A stretch of 59,652 nt of DNA from positions 1 to 59,652 of the forward strand of contig DASWHI010000140.1 of the NCBI GenBank assembly GCA_036398235.1. Reading direction: 5' to 3'. How positions within the stretch are numbered: the stretch's first letter is position 1; every line of letters starts with the position of its first letter. The position numbers and the translations under genes are program-made. Below are positions 9,619 to 19,375 of this stretch, piece by piece. Below the pieces are notes generated by a model. That model worked only from the letters and a program-made list of their open reading frames with translations, was not told the DNA's origin and searched no databases. This DNA is from Burkholderiales bacterium (GTDB lineage: Bacteria; Pseudomonadota; Gammaproteobacteria; Burkholderiales; SG8-41).

Positions 9619-10596
9619 ATGCTGAATGCAGCAATTTACGGGCTGGGGCGGTGGGGCAACCGCCTGGTGGAATCGGTGCAGGGAAGCAGCAAGATCAAGT
9701 TCGTGAAGGGAATCTCCCGCGATCCGGCGAAGCACCAGGAATTTTCGCAGAAGACCGGCATCAAGGTCGTCTCGTCCTACGGCCGCGTGCTGAAGGATCC
9801 CGAAATCGGCGCGGTTATTCTCGCGACGCCGCATTCGCTGCACGTCAAGCAGATCCAGCAGGCGGCGAAGGCGGGCAAGCATGTGTTCTGCGAGAAGCCG
9901 CTGACGCTTACGCGCAAGACCGCCGAGAAGGCCGTCGAGGCCTGCCGCGCGGCGGGCGTCACGCTCTCCATCGGATTCAACCGCCGGCACGCGCCCTCGT
10001 TTGTAGAGATGATGAACCGCATCCGCGCCGGGGCGATCGGCGACGTGCTGCACGTCGAAGCGACGCATTCCGGTCCCACCGGCTACAACCTGGACGCGGC
10101 GAGCTGGCGCTCCACCCGCGCCGAGGCCCCGGCGGGGGGCATGACTGCGCGCGGCATCCACACGCTGGACGGCATGATCCAGATTGCGGGGCCGGTCGCG
10201 AGCGTCTACGCGTTCAGCGACAAGCGCAAGATTGCCCCCGAGGTGGACATGGACGACACGACTTCCATGCTGCTCAAGTTCGCGAGTGGCGCGACCGGAT
10301 CACTCAGCACCGTGTTTGTGACCGCCGACCTCTACCACATGCGGGTGTTCGGCTCGAAGGGCTGGATCGAGATGCGCGGCGACACCGAGCTCATCATGCG
10401 CGGGCTCCAGGGCCAGCCGGAGCGCATCACGCTGCCGGCGGCGGACAAGGAGAAGGCGGAGCTGGAGGCGTTCGCCGATGCCGTCGCGGAAAAGAAGAAC
10501 TTCGTCGTGCCGCCGGAGGAAGCGATCAACGGGGTCGCCGTGCTGGAAGCGATCGTTGCCTCGGCGGCGAAGGGCAAGCCCATACAAATCAAATAA
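9619..10596 (+). CDS. Gfo/Idh/MocA-family NAD(P)-dependent oxidoreductase
   Basis: MLNAAIYGLGRWG Rossmann N-terminus and the EKPL motif (HVFCEKPLTL). Confidence 0.8.
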   Translation: MLNAAIYGLGRWGNRLVESVQGSSKIKFVKGISRDPAKHQEFSQKTGIKVVSSYGRVLKDPEIGAVILATPHSLHVKQIQQAAKAGKHVFCEKPLTLTRKTAEKAVEACRAAGVTLSIGFNRRHAPSFVEMMNRIRAGAIGDVLHVEATHSGPTGYNLDAASWRSTRAEAPAGGMTARGIHTLDGMIQIAGPVASVYAFSDKRKIAPEVDMDDTTSMLLKFASGATGSLSTVFVTADLYHMRVFGSKGWIEMRGDTELIMRGLQGQPERITLPAADKEKAELEAFADAVAEKKNFVVPPEEAINGVAVLEAIVASAAKGKPIQIK

Positions 10597-10617
10597 GGCG
10601 TGATTCGTGAGTGGATC

Positions 10618-10664
10618 TACCCCTCACCCTAACCCTCTCCCCGCACGCGGGGCGAGGGGATTCC
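10618..10664. repeat. G/C-rich palindromic intergenic repeat (CCCTC...GAGGG type)
   Basis: ccctcaccctaaccctctccccgcacgcggggcgagggga. Member of a dispersed family (see findings). Confidence 0.8.
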
Positions 10665-10694
10665 GCTTACTCAGTCGATTCACGCTCTTCAGCA

Positions 10695-11615
10695 TTAGCC
10701 GCGGCTCAGGACCTCCTGAACCTTCGCCTCCGGCACCTTGATGTCGACGCCGGCGCGCTCCTCCTGCAGCAGCATGAAGACGCGCGAGTCGCGCTTCGGC
10801 CAGCCCTCGCGGTTCATCGCTTCCGTCATCTCCTGGAGCACCGTGTTCGCGATCTTCATCGGCACGTGAAATTCACGGCCGACCTCGGTTGCGAGCGTCA
10901 CGTCCTTGTGGGCGAGCTCGAGCGCGAATGCGGGCGGGTCGAACTTGGCGACCAGGAACTGCTCGGCGAGCCGGTCGAACGAGCGCCGGCGGCCGAACGC
11001 GCCCTGGCGAATGGCGGCCCACAGGGCGAGCGGCTCGACGCCCGCCTTCACGCCCATCGTCATGACCTCGGCGAGCGCGGCCAGGATCGCGTAGCCCGCG
11101 CAGTTGTGAACCAGCTTGGCGATGGTGCCGGCGCCGACCGGGCCGACGTAGATGACCTGGTCGCCGATCGCGTCGAGCACCGCCTTGTTCCGGTCGAACG
11201 CTCCGCGGTCGCCGCTCACATAAAGGGCGAGCTTGCCGCTCTTCGCGCCGGAAGGGCCGCCGGAGACCGGCGCGTCCAGCATCGCGATGCCCTTGCCGGC
11301 GAAGCGCTCGGAGAGCCGCCGCACCACGGTGGGCGAGTTGGTCGAGAGGTCGAACCACGCCGTGCCCTTGCGCATGCCGGCGAGGAGCTCTTCCGCGACC
11401 GCCTGGACCTCCTTCGGTCCCGGGAGCGAGGTGAACACGACGTCCGCCGCCTCGGCGACCTTGCGCGGCGAGTCCGCCCAGACGCCCCCGGCCTTGAGGT
11501 GCGGCGCGGCCGCCTCGCGCCGGATGTCGTTGACGACCAGGTCGTGGCCCTTGGCGCGGACGTTCAGCGCCATGCTCGCGCCCATGGTGCCGATACCGAT
11601 GAATCCCACTTTCAT
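10695..11615 (-). CDS. 3-hydroxyisobutyrate dehydrogenase-family NAD(P)-dependent oxidoreductase
   Basis: MKVGFIGIGTMGASMALN dinucleotide fold, about 300 aa, typical HIBADH/GarR length. Confidence 0.8.
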   Translation of the reverse strand: MKVGFIGIGTMGASMALNVRAKGHDLVVNDIRREAAAPHLKAGGVWADSPRKVAEAADVVFTSLPGPKEVQAVAEELLAGMRKGTAWFDLSTNSPTVVRRLSERFAGKGIAMLDAPVSGGPSGAKSGKLALYVSGDRGAFDRNKAVLDAIGDQVIYVGPVGAGTIAKLVHNCAGYAILAALAEVMTMGVKAGVEPLALWAAIRQGAFGRRRSFDRLAEQFLVAKFDPPAFALELAHKDVTLATEVGREFHVPMKIANTVLQEMTEAMNREGWPKRDSRVFMLLQEERAGVDIKVPEAKVQEVLSRG

Positions 11616-11636
11616 TCACATCTCCTTCAAGAAGTG

Positions 11637-11699
11637 ACTCGTTGCTCGTTACTCGTGACTCGATTGGCAGTAGACCAGTAACGAGAGACGAGAAACGAG
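11637..11699. repeat. Inverted blocks of ACTCGTT heptamer repeats forming a hairpin after metC
   Basis: actcgtt gctcgtt actcgtg actcgat (11637-11664) faces taacgag agacgag aaacgag (11679-11699). Likely acts as a terminator for the minus-strand metC. Confidence 0.7.
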
Positions 11700-12869
11700 T
11701 CACGCTTGTTGCATTTTGGCGAAGCCGCGCTCGAGATCGGCGATGAGGTCGTCCGGGTCCTCGAGGCCGACGTGGAGCCGGATCACCGGCTCGTCGCGGC
11801 TCCATCGCGTGATCGCCCGCGTCCTGAGGATCTCGGGGTGCGCGGCAATGGCGAGGCTCTCGAACCCGCCCCAGCTCGAGCCGATCCCGAAGATCTCCAG
11901 AGCGTCGATGAAAGCGGTTACCTGCGCCTCGGACACGGGTTTCAGCACGAAGGAAAACAATGAGGCTGCGCCGCTGAAATCGCGTTTCCATATTGCGTGC
12001 CCCGGATCGCCTTCGAGCGCCGGATAGAGTACGCGCCTGACTTGCTGTTGCGAGTGCAGCCAGCGCGCGATCCTGAGCGCGTTTTCCATCTGCTGTTTCA
12101 TGCGCACCCCGATCGTGCGGAAGCCGCGCAGCGCGAGGTAGCAGTCGTCGGGGCTGACGCCGTAGCCGTAGTCGGCGACCGCGCGGCGCACCGCGAGCCA
12201 GTGCTGCTCGTTGGTGACGATCACGCCCATGACGACGTCCGCATGCCCGGCGATGTACTTGGTTGCGGCGTGGATCGAGACGTCCACGCCCTTCTCGAAG
12301 GAGCGGAAGAAATAGGGCGTGCCCCAGGTCGTGTCGGCGAGGACCGGCAGCCCGCGCGCGTGCGCGGCCGCCGCGATGGCGGGGATGTCCTGCATCTCGA
12401 AGGTGAGTGAGCCGGGCGCCTCGCAGAACACCGCCCGCGTGTTCGGCCGCAGGAGCTTGCCGATACCGGCGCCGATCGACGGATCGTAGTACTCGATCTC
12501 GATGCCGTTGGGGCGCAGGCGCCGGTCGCAGAAGGTGCGCGTGGGGGAGTACACCGAATCGGGCACGAGCAGGTGGTCCCCGCTCTTGAGGAAGGCTGAT
12601 AGCGACGCCGCGATGGCGGCGAGCCCCGAGGGCAGCGCCACCGCGGCGTGCCCGCCTTCCATCTGCGCGACGGCCTCTTCCAGCGCGAAGGTGGTCGGGG
12701 TGCCCGACAGGCCGTAGCGGACCTTCTTGTAGTCGTCGCCGCCGCGCGCCTCGTACGTCGCGCGGTCGGGGAAGATCACGGTTGAGGTGCGGAACACGGG
12801 CGTGTTGACCATGCCCTGGTAGCGGGTCGGGTCGCGGCCGGTGTGGGCGAGGAGGGTGTCTTTCTTCAT
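11700..12869 (-). CDS. metC: Cystathionine beta-lyase / Cys-Met-metabolism PLP enzyme
   Basis: ORF 11700..13001. Start set at MKKDTLLAHTGRDP. PLP-lysine context SIHAATKYIAGHADV. Confidence 0.8.
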   Translation of the reverse strand: MKKDTLLAHTGRDPTRYQGMVNTPVFRTSTVIFPDRATYEARGGDDYKKVRYGLSGTPTTFALEEAVAQMEGGHAAVALPSGLAAIAASLSAFLKSGDHLLVPDSVYSPTRTFCDRRLRPNGIEIEYYDPSIGAGIGKLLRPNTRAVFCEAPGSLTFEMQDIPAIAAAAHARGLPVLADTTWGTPYFFRSFEKGVDVSIHAATKYIAGHADVVMGVIVTNEQHWLAVRRAVADYGYGVSPDDCYLALRGFRTIGVRMKQQMENALRIARWLHSQQQVRRVLYPALEGDPGHAIWKRDFSGAASLFSFVLKPVSEAQVTAFIDALEIFGIGSSWGGFESLAIAAHPEILRTRAITRWSRDEPVIRLHVGLEDPDDLIADLERGFAKMQQA

Positions 12870-13051
12870 GGGAACAAGGGATCGATTCGCGGGGTCCGGG
12901 GCCATTGTGCGGCGCGCACCCGGCCGGTGCAATATATGGACTGGCCGATTGCTGGCGGGCTCCGTATGCCGGATAATCTGCGCCCGGAGCCCTGCGCGCA
13001 AGGCGCGGGGCTTTTAATTCTAACGGTTGGACTTTTCCGGAAGGCTGCATC

Positions 13052-15340
13052 GTGGACACGCACGCGTCGCAACACGGCGGCAGGGTCGAAGACCGGCGCC
13101 TCGTCACCGGCAGCGGCAAATACGCCTCCGACTGGAGCCTGCCCGGCCAGCTTTACGCGGCGTTCGTGCGGTCGGACCGCGCCCACGCCGAGATCGTCTC
13201 GGTGAATACCGCCAAGGCGGCGCGGCACCCGGGCGTACGACGCGTCTATACCGGGGAGGATGCGATCGCCGCCGGCTACACGAAATATTTCGTGATCGTG
13301 AGCTACCCCGGCCGCGGCGGAAAGCACATCATCAAGCCGCCGCGCCCGATGCTGGCGGCGCGCAGGGTGCGCCACGTCGGCGACGCGGTGGCGATGGTGG
13401 TCGCCGACTCGCCAGTCGCGGCGCAGGACGCCGCCGAGCTGGTGGAAATCGAGTATCGCGACCTGCCCGCGGTGGTGTCGGCGGAGGAAGCGCTCGCGCC
13501 CGGCGCGCCGCAGCTCCACGAGGAGGCGCCGGGCAACCTTTCCTTCGATTACGAATCGGGCAACGAGGAAGCGGTCAACGCCGCGCTCGCGCAGGCCGCG
13601 CACGTGACGCGGTTGAAGCTCCAGGTGAGCCGCGTCGCGCCCAGCCCGATGGAGCCGCGCGGCTGCACCGTGCGCTACGACGCGCAAGAGGGCACCTACC
13701 ACGTCCACGTGTGCATCCAGGGCATCAACATGATGCGCAAGCAGCTCGCCGCGATCACCGACGTGCCGGAGGACAAGATCGTGGTGCACGCGCAGGACAT
13801 CGGCGGCAGCTTCGGGCAGAGGAGCGCCGCCTATCCCGAGTACTGCATGCAGATGCTGGCGGCGAAGGAGCTCGGCCGGCCGGTGCGGTGGATCTCCTCG
13901 CGCTCGGAGGGCTTCATGAGCGACACCCACGGGCGCGCCAACACGGTGACCGGGGAGCTCGCGCTCGACCGCGACGGAAAATTCCTCGCGTTGAAGCTCG
14001 ACTGGATCTCCGACATGGGCGGCTACCTCTCGGCGACCGGCTCGGCGAGCCACACGCGGAACCCCTCCACCTGCATGACCGGCGTCTACCGCATCCCGGC
14101 GCTCTACGGGCGCTTCCGGCTCGCGTTCACCAACACGGTACCGGTCGCGGCCTATCGCGGCGCCGGCCGGCCCGACATGGCGTACGTGATCGAGCGCCTG
14201 GTGAGCCAGGCCGCGGCGGAGCTGAAGATCGACCCGGCGGAGCTGCGGCGCCGCAATTTCATACCGAAGGAGGCGTTTCCCTACAAGACGCCCACCGGCT
14301 CGACCTACGAAGCGACCGACCTTCACGCCGTGCTCGATCGGGCGCTCGAATTCGCCGACTGGAAGGGGTTTCCCGCGCGCCGCCGGAAATCGGAGCAGGC
14401 GGGGAAGCTGCGCGGCCTCGGCATCTCCACCGTGATCGAGAATACGGGGGCGGGGCTGTTTCCCAAGGACCAGGTCGAGATCGAGGCGATGCCCAACGGA
14501 GACTTCAACGTCTACACGGTGTCGCAATCGCAGGGACAGGGCCACGAGACCACGTTCGGCATGGTCGTGGCGGAGGCGCTCGGCGTGCCGCTCGAGCGGG
14601 TGCACATCCGGCAGGGAGTGAAGCCGCTCATCGGCAATCACACGGGCGGCTCGCGCTCGACCGTGGGCGCCGGCAGCGCGTGCAAGCTCGCGGCGATGAA
14701 GTTGATCGAGCAGGCGCGCTCGGCTGCCGCGGAGCGGCTCGAAGTGGAGCCGTCGCAGGTGGAGTACGCCGGCGGCGCATTCCAGGCACGAGGCTCGAAG
14801 CGGAAGATCGGCTTTCGCGAGCTGGCGAAGTCCGGCGCCATCAACGTCCTGGCGGAAGGCACCTTCGGCTCGACTTTCCCCAATGGCTGCCACATCAGCG
14901 AGGTGGAGATCGACCCCGCGACCGGCGCCTCGCGCATCGTCGCCTACAACGCGGTGGATGACTGCGGCAACGTCATCAACCACACGGTGGTCGAGGGCCA
15001 GGTGCACGGCGCGGTCGCGCAGGGCGCCGGCCAGATCTTCGGCGAGCAGGTCGTCTACGACCGCCAGACCGGGCAGCTCGTGACCGGCAGCTTCATGGAC
15101 TACTGCATGCCGCGCGCCGGGCTGGTGCCGGCGATCCACATGCAGGATTCCCCGGTGCCGAGCGTCAACAACACGCTCGGCGTGAAGGGGGTGGGCGAAT
15201 CGGGCTGCACCGCCTCGATTCCGTCGCTCGCAAACGCCGTGGTGGACGCGCTGCGGCCGCTCGGCGTCGCGCATCTCGACATGCCGATGACGCCGGCGAA
15301 GCTGTGGCACGCCATCCATTCCGCGAAGAAGACACGATGA
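13052..15340 (+). CDS. Molybdopterin-binding large subunit, xanthine dehydrogenase/CoxL family (form-II-type AYRGAGR motif)
   Basis: 762 aa with RVEDRRLVTGSGKY at the N-terminus and PVAAYRGAGRP in the active-site loop. Confidence 0.85.
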   Translation: MDTHASQHGGRVEDRRLVTGSGKYASDWSLPGQLYAAFVRSDRAHAEIVSVNTAKAARHPGVRRVYTGEDAIAAGYTKYFVIVSYPGRGGKHIIKPPRPMLAARRVRHVGDAVAMVVADSPVAAQDAAELVEIEYRDLPAVVSAEEALAPGAPQLHEEAPGNLSFDYESGNEEAVNAALAQAAHVTRLKLQVSRVAPSPMEPRGCTVRYDAQEGTYHVHVCIQGINMMRKQLAAITDVPEDKIVVHAQDIGGSFGQRSAAYPEYCMQMLAAKELGRPVRWISSRSEGFMSDTHGRANTVTGELALDRDGKFLALKLDWISDMGGYLSATGSASHTRNPSTCMTGVYRIPALYGRFRLAFTNTVPVAAYRGAGRPDMAYVIERLVSQAAAELKIDPAELRRRNFIPKEAFPYKTPTGSTYEATDLHAVLDRALEFADWKGFPARRRKSEQAGKLRGLGISTVIENTGAGLFPKDQVEIEAMPNGDFNVYTVSQSQGQGHETTFGMVVAEALGVPLERVHIRQGVKPLIGNHTGGSRSTVGAGSACKLAAMKLIEQARSAAAERLEVEPSQVEYAGGAFQARGSKRKIGFRELAKSGAINVLAEGTFGSTFPNGCHISEVEIDPATGASRIVAYNAVDDCGNVINHTVVEGQVHGAVAQGAGQIFGEQVVYDRQTGQLVTGSFMDYCMPRAGLVPAIHMQDSPVPSVNNTLGVKGVGESGCTASIPSLANAVVDALRPLGVAHLDMPMTPAKLWHAIHSAKKTR

Positions 15341-15342
15341 AG

Positions 15343-15391
15343 CACCCCCTCCCCAACCCTCCCCCTCAGGGGGAGGGATAGGGTGGGGGTG
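15343..15391. repeat. G/C-rich palindromic repeat
   Basis: caccccctccccaaccctccccctcagggggagggatagggtgggggtg. Confidence 0.85.
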
Positions 15392-15408
15392 AAGCTGGGT
15401 GCACATAG

Positions 15409-17718
15409 ATGGGTACAGGACATACACGACACGATCACCATGATCCGATAGGGCGTGTGGAAGACACGCGCCTCGTCACCGGCGCCGGAACGTTTGCCGC
15501 CGACTGGAACGTGCCCGGGCAGTTCCACGGCTATTTCGTGCGCTCGGATCGGGCACACGCCGAGATCGTCGCGGTCAACGTGGAGCAGGCGTTGAAGCAC
15601 GCAGGGGTGAAGGCGGTCGTCACCGGCGCCGATGCCGTCCGCGCCGGCTACGTGAAGCCGCTGCACACGCTCAACTTTCCCGGGAAGGGCGGCATGCAGA
15701 CCCGGGCGCCCGAGCGTCCGGTGCTCGCGCACACCGGCGTGCACTTCGTGGGCGAGGCGGTGGCGCTGGTGGTCGCGGAGTCGGCCGAGGCGGCCCAGGA
15801 CGCCGCCGAGCTGGTGGAAGTCCGATATCGTGACTTGCCCGCGGTCGTCTCCCCTGAGGAAGCGCTCGCCCCGGGCGCGCCGCAGCTGCACGAGAACGTC
15901 CCGGGTAACCTCGCGCTGGAGGCGGAGGTGGGTGATGCTGCCGCGGTCGAAGCGGCGTTCGCCCGTGCGGCACATGTGACGCGCCTCAAGGTGGAGGTGA
16001 CCCGCGTCGCGCCCAATCCGATGGAGCCGCGCGCCTATATCGCCGCGTACGACGCGCGCGCGGACAGCTACATGCTGCACGTCTGCTGCCAGGGCATCAC
16101 AACGCTGCGCCGGCACCTCTCGGCGTACACCGGCGTGCCCGAGGAGAAGCTCCATTTCGAGGTGGGCGATGTCGGCGGCGGCTTCGGCCAGCGCACGCCC
16201 GCCTACCCTGAGCATGGCGCGCTGATGCTGGCGGCCAGGCAGACCGGCCGGCCGGTCAGATGGGTGTCGACCCGCGCCGAGGGCATCGCGTGCGACACGC
16301 ACGGGCGGGCCAATGTCATCGACGGCGCGCTCGCGCTCGACGGCGATGGCCGGTTTACCGCGATGCGGCTCGACTGGGTCAACGACATGGGAGCGTATCT
16401 GTCTCCGGCCTCCATGGGCCACATCCGCAACACCTCGACGTGCATGACCGGCGTCTACCGTATTCCCGCGCTCTATGCCACCTACCGGGTGGCGCTGACC
16501 AACACCAACCCGGTGTCGTCGTATCGGGGCGCGGGTCGTCCCGACATCGCCTACGCCGTGGAGCGCCTGGTAAGCCAGGCGGCGGTGGACCTCAAGATGG
16601 ACGCGGCGGAGCTGCGGCGGCGCAATTTCATTCCGCGCGAGGCGTTCCCGTATAAGACCCCGACCGGCTCCACCTACGAGAACGCCGATCTGCTTGGGCT
16701 CCTCGACAAGGCGCTGAAACTCGCGGACTGGAAGGGCTACACGAAACGCCGCGCGCAGACGGAGCGGGCAGGGAAGCTGCGCGGGATCGGCATCGCCACG
16801 GTGATCGAGAATACCGGCGCGGGCCAGGCGCCGAAGGACGAGGTCGAGCTCGAGCTGGACGCGCGCGGCACCGTCACCATCTACACGGTTTCCAAGTCGC
16901 AGGGCCACGGCCACGAGACGACGCTCGCGATGATCGTGGCTGACGCGCTGGAGCTGCCGCTCGAACGCGTGCGGGTGCGCCAGTGCGCGCTCGAAAAGCA
17001 GCAACTCGTGGGTGGCCATACGGGCGGCTCGCGCACGACCGTCGGCGCCGGCAGCGTGTGCCACCTCGCCGCGAAAAAGCTGATCGAGCACGGGCGACCG
17101 GCCGCCGCCCTCGAGCTCGGGGTCGAGCCCTCGCAGGTGGAATATGCGAAGGGGGAGTACCGCTCGAAGGAATCGAAGCGCGCGGTGAAGCTCGGCGACA
17201 TCGCCCGGGCCAAGCCGGTCTCGGTGATCGCGGAAGGCAAGTTCGGCTCGACTTTTCCCAACGGCTGCCACATTGCCGAGGTCGAGATCGACCCCGGCAC
17301 CGGCGCGGCAGCGATCGCCTCCTACTGCGCGGTGGACGACATCGGCACGGTGATCAATCACAGCGTCGTCGAGGGTCAGCTTCACGGTGGTGTCGCGCAG
17401 GGGGCGGGGCAGATACTGGGCGAGAAAGTGGTTTACGATCGCGGCTCCGGACAGCTTTTGACCGGCAGCTTCATGGATTACTACATGCCGCGCGCCGGGC
17501 TGCTGCCCCCGATCAGGGGCGCCGAGCACCCGACGCCGAGCACGGTGAGCCCGCTCGGCGTCAAGGGCGTGGGCGAATCGGGGTGCACCGGCTCGCTGCC
17601 CGCGGTCGCCAACGCGGTCATGGACGCGCTTGCGCCGCTCGGCGTCGGGCACATCGACATGCCGCTGACGCCCGCCAAGCTTTGGCATGCGATACATTCG
17701 GCAAGGAAGTCAGGATAG
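15409..17718 (+). CDS. Second tandem CoxL-like molybdopterin-binding large subunit
   Basis: 769 aa, collinear with the upstream paralog. Loop motif VSSYRGAGRP. Confidence 0.85.
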   Translation: MGTGHTRHDHHDPIGRVEDTRLVTGAGTFAADWNVPGQFHGYFVRSDRAHAEIVAVNVEQALKHAGVKAVVTGADAVRAGYVKPLHTLNFPGKGGMQTRAPERPVLAHTGVHFVGEAVALVVAESAEAAQDAAELVEVRYRDLPAVVSPEEALAPGAPQLHENVPGNLALEAEVGDAAAVEAAFARAAHVTRLKVEVTRVAPNPMEPRAYIAAYDARADSYMLHVCCQGITTLRRHLSAYTGVPEEKLHFEVGDVGGGFGQRTPAYPEHGALMLAARQTGRPVRWVSTRAEGIACDTHGRANVIDGALALDGDGRFTAMRLDWVNDMGAYLSPASMGHIRNTSTCMTGVYRIPALYATYRVALTNTNPVSSYRGAGRPDIAYAVERLVSQAAVDLKMDAAELRRRNFIPREAFPYKTPTGSTYENADLLGLLDKALKLADWKGYTKRRAQTERAGKLRGIGIATVIENTGAGQAPKDEVELELDARGTVTIYTVSKSQGHGHETTLAMIVADALELPLERVRVRQCALEKQQLVGGHTGGSRTTVGAGSVCHLAAKKLIEHGRPAAALELGVEPSQVEYAKGEYRSKESKRAVKLGDIARAKPVSVIAEGKFGSTFPNGCHIAEVEIDPGTGAAAIASYCAVDDIGTVINHSVVEGQLHGGVAQGAGQILGEKVVYDRGSGQLLTGSFMDYYMPRAGLLPPIRGAEHPTPSTVSPLGVKGVGESGCTGSLPAVANAVMDALAPLGVGHIDMPLTPAKLWHAIHSARKSG

Positions 17719-17722
17719 AAGC

Positions 17723-17770
17723 ACCCCCTCCCTATCCCTCCCCCTCAGGGGGAGGGTTGGGGTGGGGGTG
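17723..17770. repeat. G/C-rich palindromic repeat
   Basis: caccccctccctatccctccccctcagggggagggttggggtgggggtg, near-identical to the copy at 15343. Confidence 0.85.
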
Positions 17771-17808
17771 GTGCCCGCAATCTAGGCCGCAGGAAAGGGG
17801 AACAAGAG

Positions 17809-18612
17809 ATGTACTCACTAAGTTACGTGAAGGCGAAGTCGCTCAAGGAAGCGGCGGCATTTCTCGCGAAGAACCCCGAGGCGAAGCTCCTCGCGGGCGG
17901 CATGACGATGATCCCGACGCTGAAGCAGCGGCTGGCCCGCCCCACGCATATCGTGGACATTGCGGCCCTTCCGGAGCTGCGCGGCATCGCGGCGAAGGGC
18001 GGCCGGCTCGTCATCGGCGCCGGAACGAAGCACCACGACGTCGCAACCTCGGCAGTCGTCCGGAAAGCGATCCCGGCGCTGGCGGGCCTTGCCGCCCAGA
18101 TCGGCGATCCGCAGGTGCGCAACCGCGGCACGATCGGCGGCTCGCTCGCAAACAATGACCCCGCCGCGGACTATCCCGCCGCGGTGCTCGGCCTCGGCGC
18201 GACCGTGGTCACCACGCAGCGCTCGATCGCCGCGGACGATTTCTTCCAGGGGCTGTTCGCGACCGCGCTGGAAGAGGGCGAAGTCATCGTGCGCGTCGAG
18301 TTTCCGCTGCCGAAGCGCGCGGCCTATTCCAAGTTCCACCATCCCGCATCGGGCTATGCGATGGCGGGCGTCTTCATCGCGCAGACGGCGGGCGGCGTGC
18401 GCGTGGCGGTTACCGGCGCGGGTCCCGGCGTGTTTCGCTGGACGGCCGCGGAGGCGGCGCTCGCGGAGTCGTTCAAGCCCGCAGCGCTCGAGGGCCTGCC
18501 GCTCGACGCGAGTGGGCTCAACGACGACATCCACGCCGACCGCGAGTACCGCGCCAACCTGGTGCGGGTAATGGCGAAGCGGGCGCTGGCAAAGATTTCC
18601 GGCAAGAAGTGA
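17809..18612 (+). CDS. FAD-binding medium subunit (CoxM-like) of a molybdo-hydroxylase
   Basis: 267 aa with LLAGGMTMIPTLK and GTIGGSLANNDPAAD motifs. Confidence 0.85.
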   Translation: MYSLSYVKAKSLKEAAAFLAKNPEAKLLAGGMTMIPTLKQRLARPTHIVDIAALPELRGIAAKGGRLVIGAGTKHHDVATSAVVRKAIPALAGLAAQIGDPQVRNRGTIGGSLANNDPAADYPAAVLGLGATVVTTQRSIAADDFFQGLFATALEEGEVIVRVEFPLPKRAAYSKFHHPASGYAMAGVFIAQTAGGVRVAVTGAGPGVFRWTAAEAALAESFKPAALEGLPLDASGLNDDIHADREYRANLVRVMAKRALAKISGKK

Positions 18613-18667
18613 TTGGCAACCGTAGTTAAACACATTGAGTTCACCACCGATAGATGCGGATAACGAT

Positions 18668-19144
18668 ATGGCGAAAGTGACGATCAAGGTCAACGGCAAG
18701 AACTACACAAAGGCAGTCGAGGACCGCATGCTGCTCGTGGATTTCCTGCGCGACGAACTGAAGCTCACCGGCACGCACGTCGGCTGCGATACCAGCCAGT
18801 GTGGCTGCTGCACCGTGCACATCGACGGGCGGGCGGTGAAATCGTGCTCGATGCTCGTGGCGCAGGCAAACGGGACGAGCATCGTGACGATCGAGGGCAT
18901 GGCGAAGGGGGGAAAGCTGCACCCGATCCAGCGCGCCTTCTCCGAGTGCCACGGGTTGCAGTGCGGCTTCTGCACGCCGGGCATGATCATGGCAACGGCC
19001 GGGCTCCTCAAGGACAACCCCAATCCGACCGACGAGCAGATCTACAAGGGCCTCGAGGGCAATCTCTGCCGCTGCACCGGCTACATCAACATCGTCAAGG
19101 CCGTGAAGATGAGCGCAAAGCTCCTGCGCGGCAAAGCGCGCTAG
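18668..19144 (+). CDS. [2Fe-2S]-binding small subunit (CoxS-like)
   Basis: [13 protein letters not shown]..., [12 protein letters not shown] and CGFCTPGM...CRCTGY cysteine clusters. Start moved to the internal ATG. Confidence 0.9.
   Translation: MAKVTIKVNGKNYTKAVEDRMLLVDFLRDELKLTGTHVGCDTSQCGCCTVHIDGRAVKSCSMLVAQANGTSIVTIEGMAKGGKLHPIQRAFSECHGLQCGFCTPGMIMATAGLLKDNPNPTDEQIYKGLEGNLCRCTGYINIVKAVKMSAKLLRGKAR
19105..19133 (+). repeat. Direct repeat copy 1 (inside the coxS 3' end)
   Basis: gaagatgagcgcaaagctcctgcgcggca. 28/29 identical to 22051-22079. Confidence 0.9.
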
Positions 19145-19246
19145 CCCCGTTCCAGCTGGCGTTGGCGGACGCCAGAGCGCGGGATTAACCCGGCCAGTCT
19201 ATCCACACCCCTTTTCTTGCCGCACCGAAAGCTGGAACGGGGCTAG
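19141..19246. mobile_element. MITE-like element with 17-bp perfect terminal inverted repeats
   Basis: ctagccccgttccagct (19141-19157) and agctggaacggggctag (19230-19246). Overlaps the coxS stop codon. Confidence 0.65.
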
Positions 19247-19375
19247 GCCCAAACTTCGGCACCAAGCCGCGGCTCTGGCGCGCCGGCTGGCCAAAGCGGA
19301 GCGGTCCCGCGCTTTGTAACAAGGAGTCCTGGTTTGAAAAAGCCCTGCTGCCGAAGAACGGCACCGGGAAATAAT

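Noticed and set aside
10873-17697. Very long minus-strand ORFs (748, 853 and 865 aa) antisense to the HIBADH, metC and coxL genes.
   Set aside because: The products are Arg/Gly/Ala/Pro-rich low-complexity strings with no motifs. The opposite-strand ORFs have clear family signatures. These are typical shadow ORFs of GC-rich DNA.
13052-17718. Annotating the large subunits as aerobic carbon-monoxide dehydrogenase (form I CoxL).
   Set aside because: Both copies carry (A/S)YRGAGR instead of the AYxCSFR active-site loop, so only a generic molybdo-hydroxylase call is justified.
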